This document shows positions 1 to 13,989 of a DNA stretch of 64,000 nucleotides, in pieces. This DNA comes from the human T2T-CHM13v2.0 reference genome, Homo sapiens, in the NCBI RefSeq assembly GCF_009914755.1, contig NC_060935.1. One strand, 5' to 3'. The notes below the pieces were generated by a model that saw only the letters and a program-made list of their open reading frames with translations, ran no database searches and had not been told where the DNA came from. Position 1 is the stretch's first letter; each line of letters starts with the position of its first letter. A program made the translations under genes and the position numbers.

Positions 1-193
1 CCTTGTCACGCCAACAGCAAAGTACACAGAATGAGGAAAATACAAAAGTGCCTTTTCATTTTAAAAATACTTGGAAATATGTACAACTCTTGTGCAGTTT
101 CACAGTGCTCCAGACACCCGTGGCCACTTCATATAAACCACTGACAATTTCTAGAGTACTTTGAGAGACTACAGTATGATTGTGATTAAATTT
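1..193 (-). pseudogene. Continuation of the HMGB3 pseudogene 3'UTR beyond the THE1 insertion (runs off the window)
   Basis: Reverse complement (..ctctagaaattgtcagtggtttatatgaagtggcc..tgctgttggcgtgacaagg) matches the HMGB3 3'UTR as I recall it, collinear with 2418-2510. Confidence 0.8.
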
Positions 194-2417
194 GTCATGG
201 GAGGGACTTGGTGGGAGATAATGGATTATGGGAGTGGGTCTCTCCTGTGCTATTCTCATGATAGTGAATAAGTCTCATGAGATCTGATGGTTTTATCAAG
301 GGGAATTCCCCTATACAAGCTCCCTCTTGCCTGTTGCCATGTAATATATGCCTTTCTCCTCCTTTGCCTGCCACCATGATTGTGAGGTCTCCCCAGTCAT
401 GTGAAACTGTGAGCCCATTAAACCTCTTTTACTTTATAAATTACCCAGTCCCTGGTATGTCTTTATTAGCAGCATGAGAACTAATACAGTAAATTAGTAC
501 CAGGTAGTGGGACGCTGCTGTAAAGATATCTGAAAATGTGGAAGCAACTTTGGAACTGGGTAACAGGTAGAGGTTGGAATAGTTTGGAGGGCTCAGGTGA
601 AGATAGGAAAATGTGGGAAGTCTGAAACTTCCTAGAGACTTGGTGGGTTCAGAAGACAGGAAGATGTGGGAAAGTTTGGAACTTCCTAGAGACTTGTTAA
701 ATGGCTTTGACTAAAATGCTGATAGTGATATGGACAATAAGGTCCAGGCTGAGGTGGTCTCAGATGGAGATGATGAGCTTGTTGGGAACCAGAGTAAAGG
801 TCACTCTTTCTATGCAAAGAGACTGGTGACATTTTGCCCCTGCCCTAGAGATGTGTGGAACTTTGAACTAGAGAGAGATGATTTAGAGTATCTGGTGGAA
901 GAAATTTCTAAGTGGCAAAGTGTTCAAGAGGAAGCAGAGTATAAAAGTTTGAAAAATTTGCAGGCTGATGATGCAGCAGAAAAGAAAAACCCATTTTCTG
1001 GGGAGACATTCAAGCCTGCTTCAGAAATTCACATAAGTAACAAGGAGCAGAACGTTAATCGTCAAGACAATGGGGAAAATGTCTCCAGGGCATGTCAGAG
1101 ACCATTGCAGCAGCCCCTCCCATTGCAGGCCTGGAAGCCTAGGAGGAAAAAATGGTTTCCTGGGCCCAGGCCACCCCTGCTGTGTGCAGCCTTAGGACTT
1201 GGTGCCCTCTGTGCCAGCCATTCCAGCTGTGGCTAAAAGGGGTTTAGGTACAGCTTGGGCCATGGCTTCAGAGAGTGTAAGCTCCAAGCCTTGGCAGCTT
1301 CCATGTGATATTGAGCCTGCAGGTGCACATAAGTCAAGAATTGAGGTTTGGGAACCTCTACCTAGATTTCAGAGGATGTATGGAAACCCCTGAATGTCCA
1401 GGGAAAAGTTTGCTGCAGTGGTGGAACCCTCATGGAGAACCTCTGCTAGGGCAGTGCCAAAGGGACATGTGGGATCAGAGTCTCCACCAGGGCACTGCCC
1501 AGTGGAGCTGAGAAGAGGGCCACCATCCTGCAGACCCCAGAATGGTGGATTCCCTAACAGCTTTTCATGCACCTGGAAAAGCCGTGGACGCTCAATGCCA
1601 GCCTCTGACAGCAGCCAGGAGGGGAGCTGTACCCTGCAAAGCCATGGGGTGGAGCAGGCCAAGTCCGTGGGAGTCCACCTTTTGCATCAGCACTCCCTTG
1701 ATATGAGACATGGGCTCAAAGGAGATCGTTTTGGAGCTTTAAGATGATTTGATTGCCCCACTGGATTTTGGACTTGCATGGGGACTGTAGACCCTTTGTT
1801 TTCCCCAATTTCTCCCATTTGGAATGGCTGCATTTACTGAATGCCTGTACCCCATTGTATCTAGGAAGTAACTAACTTGCTTTTGATTTTACAGGCTCAT
1901 AGGCAGAAGGGACTTGCCTTATTTTGAATGAGACTTTGGACTGTGGACTTTTGAGCTTATGCTGAAATGAGTTAAGATTTTGAGGGACTGTTGGTAAGGC
2001 ATGATTGGCTTTGAAATGTGAGGACATGAGATTTGGGAGGGGTCAGGGGTGAAATAATACGGTTTGGCTGTGTCCCCACCCAAATTTCATCTTTAATTGT
2101 AGCTCCCTTAATTTCCATGTGTCATGGGAGGGACCAGGTGGGAGGTAGTTGAATCATGGGGGGGATCTTTTCTATGCTTTTCTCATGATAGTGAATAGGT
2201 CTTAGGAGATCTGATGGTTTTATAAAGGGGAGTTCTCCTGTACATGGCCTCTTACCTGCTGCCATGTAATACATACCTTTCCCCTCCTTTGCCTTCTGCC
2301 ATGATTATGAGGCCTCTCTAGCCATGTGGAACTGTGAGTCTGTTAAACCTCTTTTTCTTTAAAAATTACCCAGTCTTTGATATGTCTTTATTAGCAGCTT
2401 GAGAACTGACCAATACA
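194..2417 (+). mobile_element. THE1 (THE1C-like) MaLR provirus: 5'-clipped LTR 194-488, internal 489-2054, LTR ~2055-2417
   Basis: Two homologous LTRs ending in aataca; internal region starts gtaaattagtaccagg; MaLR internal ORF remnant 730-1236. Confidence 0.93.
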
Positions 2418-3110
2418 GAAGGCAGCAGACACCTCTCAAATAAGAGATGTGTCAATTATGGCATTCCCCTACCCTCAGGTATTCACAAGGAGACAGATAA
2501 ACAATTTTTTCATTCTTGCTCCTCCTCCTCTACTTCCTTCTCTTCTTCATCTTTCTCTTCCATCTTTCCTGGGCAACTTTAGTAGGATTCTTTTCATCAT
2601 CAAACTTTCCTTTAGACTTACAGTCAGCAACATCTTTCTCATGCTTCTCCCTCAGCTTCACCACCTTACTGATGCAAGGTTGCATTTCACTGTTACTTAA
2701 GTTATTCCACATCTCACCCAGCTTTTTTTTGCCACATCTCCAATAGAGATGCCAGGGTTTGTGGATTTGATCTTGGGGTAGACTTCTGAAAAGAACTGGA
2801 AGAATCCAGACGGTGGCCTTTTGAGGGCATTAGAGTCCTTCTTGCCTCCCTTAGCTGATCTATAATCCTTCATTTCCCAAACATGGAGTACTTTATCCAC
2901 CTTTGCCACTTCATCAAATTTAGACTTCTCTCTCCTAGACATTGTCTGCCACTTCTCAGAGCACTGCTTGGAAAATTTTGCAAAATTGACAGGGACCTCT
3001 GGGTTTTTCTTGTTAGGTTCTTCTCTGCACATTTGCACAAAGAAGGTATTAAGCAGACCCTTTGTTTTCTTGGGATCACTTTTAGGCAACCTGACTGTAT
3101 TGTTCACTAG
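2418..3110 (-). pseudogene. Processed HMGB3 pseudogene: 5'UTR remnant, disrupted CDS (3089..2510) and proximal 3'UTR
   Basis: Translations [40 protein letters not shown] and [20 protein letters not shown] match HMGB3 HMG boxes A and B. Intronless, ATG changed to TTG at 3089, frameshifts near 2725 and in the acidic tail. The specific HMGB3P number cannot be determined. Confidence 0.95.
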
Positions 3111-3119
3111 TCTAACTTA

Positions 3120-6100
3120 AGTTTTTTGCTCTATCTATGTATTGTGAATTTTTTTCCCAATCTGGCTTATCTTTTATTTTCTTTATAGTGCATTTTGAAG
3201 AATAGAAGCTTTAAGTTTGGATGAAGTCCAATTTATTAATCTTCTTTTATAGCTGAGGCTTTTTTGTATTCTAAGAAACCTGGCTTACACCAGGATATGG
3301 AGATATTTTCTGTTTTCTTCTAGGAGTTTTATATTTTTAGCTTTTATCCCTACGTCTGTGATCTATCTTGAATAACTTTTTGTATATTGTGTGAGGTAAG
3401 AGTAAAGAATTAATTTATACTGTCTTATAATTATGTCAAGGTTTTCCAATAGAATTTCTTAAAAACAATATTTTCCTATGAAATTACCTTGGCAGCCTTG
3501 TTAACTTTAAAGTAAATTAAAATAAATTAATTGCATATATTTGGATGTATCTCTGATCTATTTTCTTTCCATTTAACTACGTATACTTCATATATACCAC
3601 ACTGAATTGATTGTTCTAGGCTTATAGTAAACCTTGAAAGCATGTTGTATAATTTATTCAGCTTTGTTCTTTTTCAAAAATTTTTTTGGCTATTCAAAGT
3701 AATTTGTATTTCTAAGTAAATTTTAGAATTATCTTGCCATACCTGCAGAGATTTTGACATGATACGATTGGGTAGACATGGCAATTTTACAATACTGAAT
3801 CTTCCAATCGACAAATAAAGTTTATTTTTTCCAGATTTTTAGTCTTTTTTAGTTTCTCTCTGTAATATTTTATACTTTACAGTATAGTAGTCTTATTTTT
3901 GTTACATTTGTTCCAAAGTATTTTACATTTTTAGATGCCATTATAAGTGGCATTGTTTAATTCTCCAATTATTTTTCTTATTGCACATGAATGCAATTGA
4001 TTTTGTGAATAAATATAATTGATTCTGAATTTTTATCCTGTGTCTTTGCTAAATTTCCTTGTTGATAGTAGTAGGTTATTTGGGATAAATTCCTTAGTGG
4101 ATACTATGTAAACAATCATATTTTTAATAATGAAGATAGTTTTACTTATTTCATTCTAATCTTGTTGTACCTGTTAGAACCTCTAGTATTAACTATTATG
4201 TTAAACATAATTGTGAAAAGTTGACTAACTTTTCCTATTCCCAATTATAAACAAAAATCATTTAATGTTTAATCATTAAGTATGATCTTAGCTATAGAAT
4301 TTTTGTAGAAGCTTTTGATCAGATGGAAAAAAATCCCTCAATTTTTTATATGCTGAGAGATATTTTTAATATGACTGAAAATTAAATTCTGTCTAATACC
4401 TTTTCTACATCTAGTAATGTGGTCATATGTCTTTTGCCTTTATTCTGTTAATGTGATGAATTAAATTAATAGATTTATGAATGTTGTACCAACCCTGCAT
4501 TCCTAGGATAAGCCTCATTTGCTCATGATGCGTTATTCCTTTTCTGTATTGCTAGATTTACTTTGACTTCTTTTTTTAGAATTTTTGCATCTATATTTAT
4601 GAAGGACACTGGTCTGTAAGTTTCTTTTTTGTTCTTGACCTCTTAAAGATGTGCTATCAAGATTATGCTAGCCTTATAAAATGAGTTGGGTTGTGACTGT
4701 TTTTTAAAAGTGTATAAAACTGGTCTTATTTTATTCTTCCATGTTTCATAGAAGTCACCAGGAAATTATTCAGAAATGAGAGGGCCATTTAAACACCACC
4801 ACCATGATGGCTCTTTGAACCTCAGGTTTTGTTTGTGAGATTTTGTTATGAGTTTAATTTTAAAATATAGATAGGGTTATTAAGATTTTTTTGTTTCTTC
4901 TTGTTATGGTAAGTTGTATGTTGAAGGAATTTTTCCATTTTATCTAAGCAGTCAAGTTATTTTGTATAAAGTTGTTCATAGTATATCCTTATTATCCTTT
5001 AATGACCATAGAATCTATAGAGATACAGATAATTTGTGTTCTTTCTTCTATCTCTCAATAGCATAGCCCTGGATTTATTTATTCTACTAACCTTGGTAAA
5101 AACAGTTCTGTTGTCTTACTGATTTTTTTCAATTGTTTGTTACTAATTGTATTGATGTCTCCTATTATCTGTATTATTTCCACTATTTTACTTTATATTT
5201 GTTCTTTTTTCCTCTAGCTTCTTAAGATTAAAGAACAGATTACTTATTTTATGCCTTTCTTCTCATCTAATATAAGCATTAAGGATATAAATTTTCCTTT
5301 GAAGACTGCTATAGCTACCTCTCACAAATTTCATTGTATATGTTGTAGTTATTCAGTTAAAAATGCTTTCTAATTTTACTTGTGATTTCTTCTTTGACCC
5401 ATGGATATTAGATGTCTATTACTTAGTTTTAAAATATTTGTTTCTTTTGCTACATTAATTATTATTATTGGTTTCTAATTTAATGTAGTTGTCATCAGAG
5501 AAAATAATCTATGTAATTTCAATCCTTTGAATTTATTGAGGCTTTTTGTTAGTGACCCAGCATATGTTCCATTTTTCTGAATGTTTTACATGCACTTAAA
5601 AAGAGTATGCATTTTACAGTTGTTGAGGATAGATTTCTATAAATGCCCATTTTGTCAAATTGGTTGATAATGTTCAAATCTTCTCTATTCTTACGGATAT
5701 CTTTTCTGTTTCTATCATCAGTTACTAAGATAGGGGCATTGTAATCTCTAACCATAATTATTGCTCTATTTCTCACATGTAAACGTGTCAAGTATTGATT
5801 TGTGTAATTTAAACCTATGTTATTCATTGAAAAATCATTTAGGATTGTTATGTCTCCCAGATGAATTGACCTTTCAATCAATATGAAAAATCCTTCTTTC
5901 CTTCTGGTGGTATTCTTGAAGCCAATATTGTTTGATTTAAGATAGCCACTACAGCTTTCTTAGCTTAGTGTTTGCATGGTGTATTTTTTCAAATGTTTTA
6001 ATTTCAATCTGAGTGTATATTTTTATTTAATTGCAATTGCTATAAACAATATATAGTTGAGTCTTGCTTTTTTTCCCTAGTCTGACAATTTCTGGTTGGT
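3120..6100 (-). mobile_element. Ancient L1M ORF2 fragment
   Basis: ORF 5549-5881(-) resembles the L1 endonuclease domain (..ITILN..DYNAPI..MEHMLGH); T-rich degraded ORF2 sequence throughout. Confidence 0.85.
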
Positions 6101-6221
6101 TGTGTGATTTCATGTTGTTTGGCAGAAATGACATTTTTCACATGACTTAAGCAGGAGCAGAACTCAGATTGGCTAACTGTTAATCTTTATTTAACTCTTA
6201 ACTTAGACATTTTCTTCATGA

Positions 6222-6511
6222 GGTCAGCAATGGTGGCTCACGCCTGTAATCCCAGCATTTCCGCAAGCCAAGGTGGGTAGATTGCCTGAGCTCAGTTTGA
6301 GCCTGAGCAATATGGTGAAACACTATCTTTACAAAAAATATAAAATCATCCAGTTACGGTGGATAATTATCCAGTTATATAGCTAGGAGTATCTCTAGTC
6401 CTAGCTACTCATGAGACTGAGGTGGAAAAATCGCTGGAGCGTGGGAGGTGGAGTTTGCAGTGAGCCAAGATGGCACCACAGCACTCCAGCCTGGGTGACA
6501 GAGTGAGATGA
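6222..6511 (+). mobile_element. Old Alu (AluJ-like), tail lost, internally rearranged
   Basis: ggtggctcacgcctgtaatcccagca ... ctccagcctgggtgacagagtgaga. Confidence 0.85.
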
Positions 6512-6539
6512 AATCATCTTCACATGACACCACCAATGA

Positions 6540-6770
6540 CCCTGAGACATTGGTAGGTCTCATTTCTGTGTGTTCCAGTTTCATCCTGGACCTCTTCCAA
6601 CTGTAACACTGTATCACCCTACACTATAATTGTCTGTTACACATACTAGATTATAAAAATTTTGGGAAGAAACCAAATTTTGTTTATTGCTATAACTTTG
6701 ATGCCTAGCACAATTCCTGGCCCAGAGTATGGGTTCAGCTTGTATTAGTTGAGTAAATGGATGAATTTTA
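6540..6770 (+). mobile_element. L2 3' end fragment
   Basis: tgcctagcacaattcctggc...ttgagtaaatggatgaat resembles the L2 terminus. Confidence 0.6.
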
Positions 6771-7044
6771 GAATGCCTTAAGTAAGCTAACCAAGTAACA
6801 TTCAGTATATATGCACGTATCTACAAGTATATCTGTGTGTGTGTGTATATGTGTATATGTAATTTTTTGAGATCTGAGATGAATGTAGATACCCTAGGCG
6901 ACATTGAAGAGGAGATGAAATATGAATATTGGGTCATGTAGTATGAATAAAATATTTAATCATAGATGAAATAAGTTGCATCAAGGCATTCAACATTTTC
7001 CCTTAAAACGCAGTAGTTTCTCAGTATGGAGATGCCTACAAATT

Positions 7045-7600
7045 TTCAAATAAAGCTATTTATATACCCTTATGGGGTATATCTCCAAAGATCTAAAATT
7101 AGTATATTGAGGTATGTGTATGTGTACTCCCATGCACATTGCAGCACTATTCACAATAGCCAAGATATGGAATCATCTTGTATCCATCAATTGGTTGGTT
7201 GATAAAGAAAATTAAGTATATATACACAATAAAATACCATTCAACCTTAAAAAAAATTCTGTCATTTGTGACAACATGGATGAACCTGGAGGATGTTATA
7301 TTTAGTAAACTATGCCAGGCATAGAAACACAAATATGGCCTGATCTCACTTATATGTGGAATCTAAAAAAGCTAAACTTGTAGAAGTAGGGAACAAAATA
7401 GTGGTTACCATGGGCTGGGGTATGGAGGTTGGGATACAAGGGATATAAAATTTCAGTTATTTAGAAGAAATAAATTCAAGACCTCTAGTGAACAACATGG
7501 TGAATATAGTTAATAACAATATATTGTAGTCATAGATTTCAAAACACAATATATACAATAAACATGTACAACTTGTCAAACAACAAATAATTTCTTTAAA
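7045..7600 (+). mobile_element. L1MA-type 3' end
   Basis: gcagcactattcacaatagccaagatatggaa; acaacatggatgaacctggagga; L1MA-type 3'UTR. Confidence 0.8.
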
Positions 7601-9500
7601 AATGCAGTTTTTCAAAAACTGTTCTAGGCTTCACGAAGGTGGAACCCAAGTCTGTGTTTATTGCTGGCCTGGCACAGTGTGGGTTTATTTTTCTCTCTGT
7701 AAGTCTGTCTGTCTGCTTAAGATACATATATGTATATATATGTATGTATAAATATATATATTTTTAAAAATGAAAACATGTTAGAGATATGAGATCTACA
7801 ATTGTCTTATATTTTTCAGTAGGAAAGTGATGTTTGGAGAGGTAAGGTCACTTTCCAAGGCCACACAGCTAGTTAATAGTAGGAACGGGACTTGTAGGCT
7901 CCTAGATCAGCACTTGTCTCACTTCAGCGTATATACCTCTTGTGATTAAATTTTCTAGAGTAGTTCTGCAACCCTAATGTATTAATATTGACTTTGGGTT
8001 TCACTCATGGTTTTGATGAAGTAATAGAAACTGGATTTATCCTTCCACTTGAAACAATCAGAAAAATTGGATAAAATATATATAACAATGGCTTTTGAGG
8101 TATTGAACATCAAAGAACAGGGATCCCTGTGAAATGGGAAACAAATGAGGTTTGTCCTACAATTGCCCCAGCTTACTGCTTTGAGAGTGCTTCCAGACCA
8201 TAGTATAGAGATGAGGAAATCAGGCAGAGGCATGTGCAGGGTGATGCAAAGAGCTGAGAAGATAGTCTCGAGTATGAAGTACTTAAGATATCCAGAGTTC
8301 CCATGACAAAGGACTGAAGAGGGGAGAGATACATGGACAGCTCCAAAGTTCTACAGAGGATCACACTTGACCATTGAGCAGAGTACTGATCAAAATGTGT
8401 GTGAGGAAACCTGAGGTGGAGAAAGACCATCCAAAAAATTAAAGGGAAAAAAGTACCAGGTGTCCACAAAAGTACCAGAAAAAGTGCTTGTTCCCACCAG
8501 TCAGACTGGAAAACCTACAATTCATGTAGGTTTTGAGTAGAGTATACAGATGAGATATGACTCAGTGCTGGGGAAGAATCAGCTCTACGTAGTACTGCTC
8601 CAGCCTTGCCTAGTAAATCTTAAAAGCAAGACTGAAAAGGAAGATTGATTCCAAGTAACTATCACAGAATCAATATTATAAAAATCTATACGAATACAAA
8701 AATCTTCAATTAACAAGGTAAGTGTTAGGATCTGGCAGAAAATGACCATGCAATTGAAAAAGTAGGAAAATACAACCCATAAAAGGAGAAAAATCCATAA
8801 GTCAAAACTGACCTATTCCTGACACAGACGTTAGAATTAGCAGATTGGGACATTAAAACAGTTGTTATAATTGTTTTCCATACATTCAAAAATTCAGTAG
8901 AGACATGGAAGATATAAAGATTGAAATTCAATATCTAGAGATGAACATCATAATGTGTGTAGTGAAAATACACAAGAGAGAAATAGTGACAGGTTAGACA
9001 TTAAAGAAGAAAAGATTAGTGAACTTGACATAGGAATAGAAACTATCCCAAATCAAAGAGTGAGGAAAATACTTTAATGAACAGAGCATCAGTAAGCTGA
9101 GATGTCCTCAAGTTTCCTAATATATGGGTAATAGCAATTCTTGAAGAAAAAAGTGAGGGAGGTATAGAAAAAATTTTGAAGAGATAGTGGCCAAAAAATC
9201 CCCCAAATTTAATGAAAACAATAAGCTGATCAATTCAAGAACTCCAAGCATAAAAAAACATAAAATCGCACAAATTCAATACATGATCAGTTTGCTCAAA
9301 ACCACTGATGAGGAGAAAAATCTTAAAAGCAGGCAGAGAAAATGAGACACACACCGGGCAAAGATTAAAAAAAACAGCAGACTTCTCATAAACAATGCAA
9401 GTAAGAAGATGATAGTGGAACAACATCTTCAGAGTAATAAAAGAAAAAAACTCAATCTAGAATTCTACACTCAGAAAATATATTTAAAAAATAAAAGCGT

Positions 9501-9843
<343 letters not shown>

Positions 9844-11512
9844 CTACTTAAAAGCTAAAAATAATTTATCACCAGCCGATTTGAACTATAGGAAATATTA
9901 AAGGAAGCTCTTCAGGCAGAAAGTAAATGATAATGAAAATATGGATTTACACAAAGAAATGAACATCAGATATGATAACTACAGAGAGATATAAGACTTT
10001 TTATTTGAATCTCTTTAAAAAGTAATTAATGGTTAGAATTAAAAAATATGTAGTACGGGATTTATAATACATATCAGAGCAAAATATGTAACAATAGCAC
10101 AAAGGCCTAGAGAAGAGAAATGGAAGCATACTATATATGAGGTGGTATAATATTATTTGAAGGTAGACTGTGATAAGTAAAAGATGTATGCTATTATCCT
10201 TAAAATAAATACTAACAAAAACTCTATACAAACAAAACCAAAGTTATAGCTGACAAAAAGCCAGCAATGGAGATTAAATGTAATCATAAAAATAGCCCCC
10301 AAAAGACAGAGAAAAATGTTAACAAGGAATAGATCAAACAAATAGCAAGATAACAAAATCATATCTTACCATATCGATAATCATGTTAAATATGGGTGAT
10401 CTAAACATACCAATTATGTGGCAGAGATTCTCAGGAAAAACCAAGACCAAATTATATTTTGTGAATAAAAACGTGTTTTAAATATCAAGGCACAAACTGG
10501 TTAATAGTAAAAGACTGAGAAAGATAATGCACTGAGGAACAAAGCTTATAAAGATAACAAATAGATCCATAGGATAGAAGTGAGTCTAAAAACAGACTCA
10601 CATATACAGAGACAATTAATTTTTGACAAATGTGCAAAATAATTTCAGTGTAGAAAGGATAGCTTTTTTAACAAATAGTGATGGAAAAATTGACTGTCAA
10701 AATGCAAGAGAACGAACTTTAATTTATATTTTATACCATATGCAAAAATTAATTCAAAATGCATCATAGGCATAAATGTAAAGCCTAAAGCTATACAACT
10801 TCCAGAATAAAGTTTTATAGCTTTAGGTTAGGTAAAAGTTGCTTAGATATAATATCAAAAGCACTATTTATATAAAAAAAGATAAGTTGAACTTCCTCAA
10901 CTTAAAACTTTTGCTTTTTGAAAGACACTGTTAAAAAATGAAAAGACAAGCCAGAGACTGGGGAAAGATATTTGCAAATCATATATCTTACATGAATTTG
11001 TATCCAGCATATGTTAAGTACATTGAAAACTCAATGAGAATGGTTAAAATTAAAAATACTGGCCATACCAAGTGTTGGCAAGGATGTGGAGAACTAGGAC
11101 TTTCATACATTGCTGATGGTAATGTAAACCAATTTGGAAAACAGTTTGGCAGTTACTAAAAAGTTATATCCAATCTTACCTCATGATTCAGTTGTTACAT
11201 TTCTAAGTATTTACTCAAGAGAAGTGAAAGCATAAATCCATACAAAGACTTCTGCATGAATGTCCAGAGCAGCTTTATTTTTATTAGCCCTAAATTGGAA
11301 ACAACCTAATTGTTCATCTATAACTGAATGGATAAACAACTGGTGGCATATACATACAATGGAATGCTATTCAGAAGTTAAAAGGAATTAACTCTTTCTA
11401 TGCACAACATGTAACGTGAATAAATTCCAAAATAAGTATACTGAATAAAACAAGCCAGACCAAAAAATAGTACATAATGTATGATTCCATTTGTGTAAAA
11501 ATAGATAATGTA

Positions 11513-11823
11513 GGCCGGGCGCAGTGGCTCACGCCTGTAATTCCAGCACTTTGAGAGGCCGAGGCGGGCGGATCACCAGGTCAGGAGATTGAGACCATCC
11601 TGGCTAACATGGTGAAACACTGTCTCTACTAAAAATACAAAAAAATTAGCCGGGCGCGGTGGTGGGCACCTGTAGTCCCAGCTACTCGGGAGGCTGAGGC
11701 TGGAGAATAGCGAGAACCTGGGAGGCGGAACTTGCAGTGAGCCTAGATTGTGCCACTGCACTCCAGCCTGGGTGACAGAGCGAGACTCTGTCTCAAAAAA
11801 AAAAAAAAAAAAAAAAAAAAAAG
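11513..11823 (+). mobile_element. AluY
   Basis: Diagnostic gagaccatcctggctaac and short gatcac-aggtcagg; poly(A) tail. Confidence 0.93.
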
Positions 11824-12869
11824 ATAATAATACCAATTAATCTAGAGTGACAGAAAACAGATCAGTGGTTGCCAGGAATGAGGAATGGTAGAAGGTGAGA
11901 TTACAAAGGTACACAAAGAGTTCATTGGGGGTAATGTTTATTAGTTCGATTGTGGGCATGGTTTCACAGGTATATACATCTATGATGAGATTTATCAAAT
12001 TTTACACTGTAAATGTGTGTCATTTTTATATGCTAATTACATCTCAGTAAAACTTTTAAAGAAACTGTTGATATAGGGCAACCGTCATGAGACACTCATT
12101 AGTTATATCCCTGCTTAAGATGAGAGATTCACGCTAGGCAAAAGAGAAATGTAACCATGTCAATAAATATTTTCATTGTTTAAATATATACATGGAAATA
12201 AGGCTAAGTTATATTGCCCAAAGATGAAAAACAGAAAAATGTAGGTTCAAGAAGCTGAAACCTTGGGACCCATTGGCACTTTGTTAGTATGTAGAGTTGA
12301 AACCATGCATTTTCATGTTAGCGATGAACAAAATTGTGGAGTTGAATTTTAAGTCTTGAAACTAAAATAGCTATCACTGGGAGCTGTGTGGAGCTCAATT
12401 ATAAAGGAATTGGACTGTAATTGTAAATTGCTGAATATGGTAATTATTGTGGCAGATGTACAGTAATTAGTTTGTAACACCAAGACTTTTATTTTGTGAT
12501 TTTTGTAATATCTTCCAAAAGAGGAGAAGTAGCTATAGTTGGGGAGACTTGGAATTGGACTCTGTTGTGTTTTTAGGATTTATTTTTCTGCAGCAAGCCA
12601 GGGCTTGTATGTCAACAGGCAATGCTGGTGATAAGGCTTTGGCTCAGGAATCAAAGAGAGTGCATGGTAATGAAAGAGCTAAGATGATATAATTGGGCAA
12701 TAAAATTTATGATTTTTGAGTGGAGTGTCAATACACAAAGGAACAATATTGCTGATTTACTGGTAATAGCCAACACATAAGTTACCCTTGCAATTAAGCA
12801 AAACTTTAAATCAAGTTCTCCCAGAGTGTTCATGGTCTCAAACAATAGAATATGGAGTAGTATCAAAAT

Positions 12870-13060
12870 GAGGAATTTGGGAGTTGGGCAAATTTTAGTT
12901 GAAGTCCTTGGTTCACCACATACCAGCTATATGATCATTGGTAAGTTACTTGTATATTTTTTAACCTATAAATGAAAATGATATAATAAATACCTTTTTA
13001 GGGTAATAGAGATAACAGAGATAATATATGTGAAATTCCTAGTACTCCAGGGCATTTACT
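12870..13060 (+). mobile_element. MIR fragment
   Basis: ggtaagttacttg..tataaatgaaaatgatataataaatacc core similarity. Confidence 0.55.
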
Positions 13061-13989
13061 TTAAAATGGGGATTTGCTCTATGCTGTAAAAACCTTCTGA
13101 AAGGTGAATAACGCAACATTTTCAACCCCTACTCTGAATGGTTCCTGTAAGAATTAGAGATACTCTCTGTCAAGTGTTCTTGTATAATGTCTTGCACATA
13201 GTAGATGCTTGATAAATGGTAGCCAGCATGCATATTATTTAAGACACTTGGTTAAGAATCTCGAAGTAGGAGTGAGAAAACCTGGTCCTAGTTGCAGTTC
13301 TGCCACCAAATAGTTGTATGCCCTCACACAACTCATTTGTCACTTCTCCTTTCTGAGCTAATGACCATTAATGCCCCTTCTAGCTTTGCAACACTAGGAC
13401 TTCCTTTTTTTCTGTTCTTAACTGTTTAATTATGATAAATAAAACAATACAGACCCAGAATAAAAATTCCAACAGTGAGTTCAGAAGGAAGTGTAGGTCT
13501 CTTTCATCTGCTCCGCTCCTTCGTTTGCTACTATGAAATATTTCTTATCTATTTCAGGAAATTTCCATGCTATCACTGTGTGTGTGTGTATGTGTGTGTG
13601 TTTACTTTTATACAATAGGATACAATATTATTGTAAACATACTCTTCTATATCTTAATAGATTTTCCCCCAAGTACCAATTTCTCTTGAAGAGCTTTCTA
13701 CATCAGCACATATACATCTGCCATATTTTGGCTCATAACAATGACAATAGTAATAGCTATAGCTGTGTTATATTCCAAATAAATAAAATAGCTGTGTTAT
13801 ATTCCAAATAAATGAAACTAATATTTAGTTAGCCCTTTAGTAACAGACATATAAGTTATTTTTCTTTGGTTTTAGAAAAAATGCAACAAAAATTTATCTG
13901 TGCACATTCTTTTTTTTTGTATATTGGCAAGATTATCTGTAAGATGAATTTTTAGAAGTTGAATTGATAAATCAAAGGGTGTGTATAAT

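Noticed and set aside
590-695. ~55-bp tandem duplication in the THE1 internal region
   Set aside because: As I recall it is part of the subfamily consensus, so not locus-specific.
730-1747. ORFs of 168 and 117 aa as a novel gene
   Set aside because: They are remnants of the known THE1/MaLR internal ORF and are frameshifted.
2697-3107. Functional HMGB3 retrogene
   Set aside because: Start codon lost, frameshifts, substitutions in conserved HMG residues, and a provirus in the UTR.
11573-11836. Alu-derived ORFs (also 13872, 30723, 39750, 40509)
   Set aside because: Typical Alu translations, not genes.
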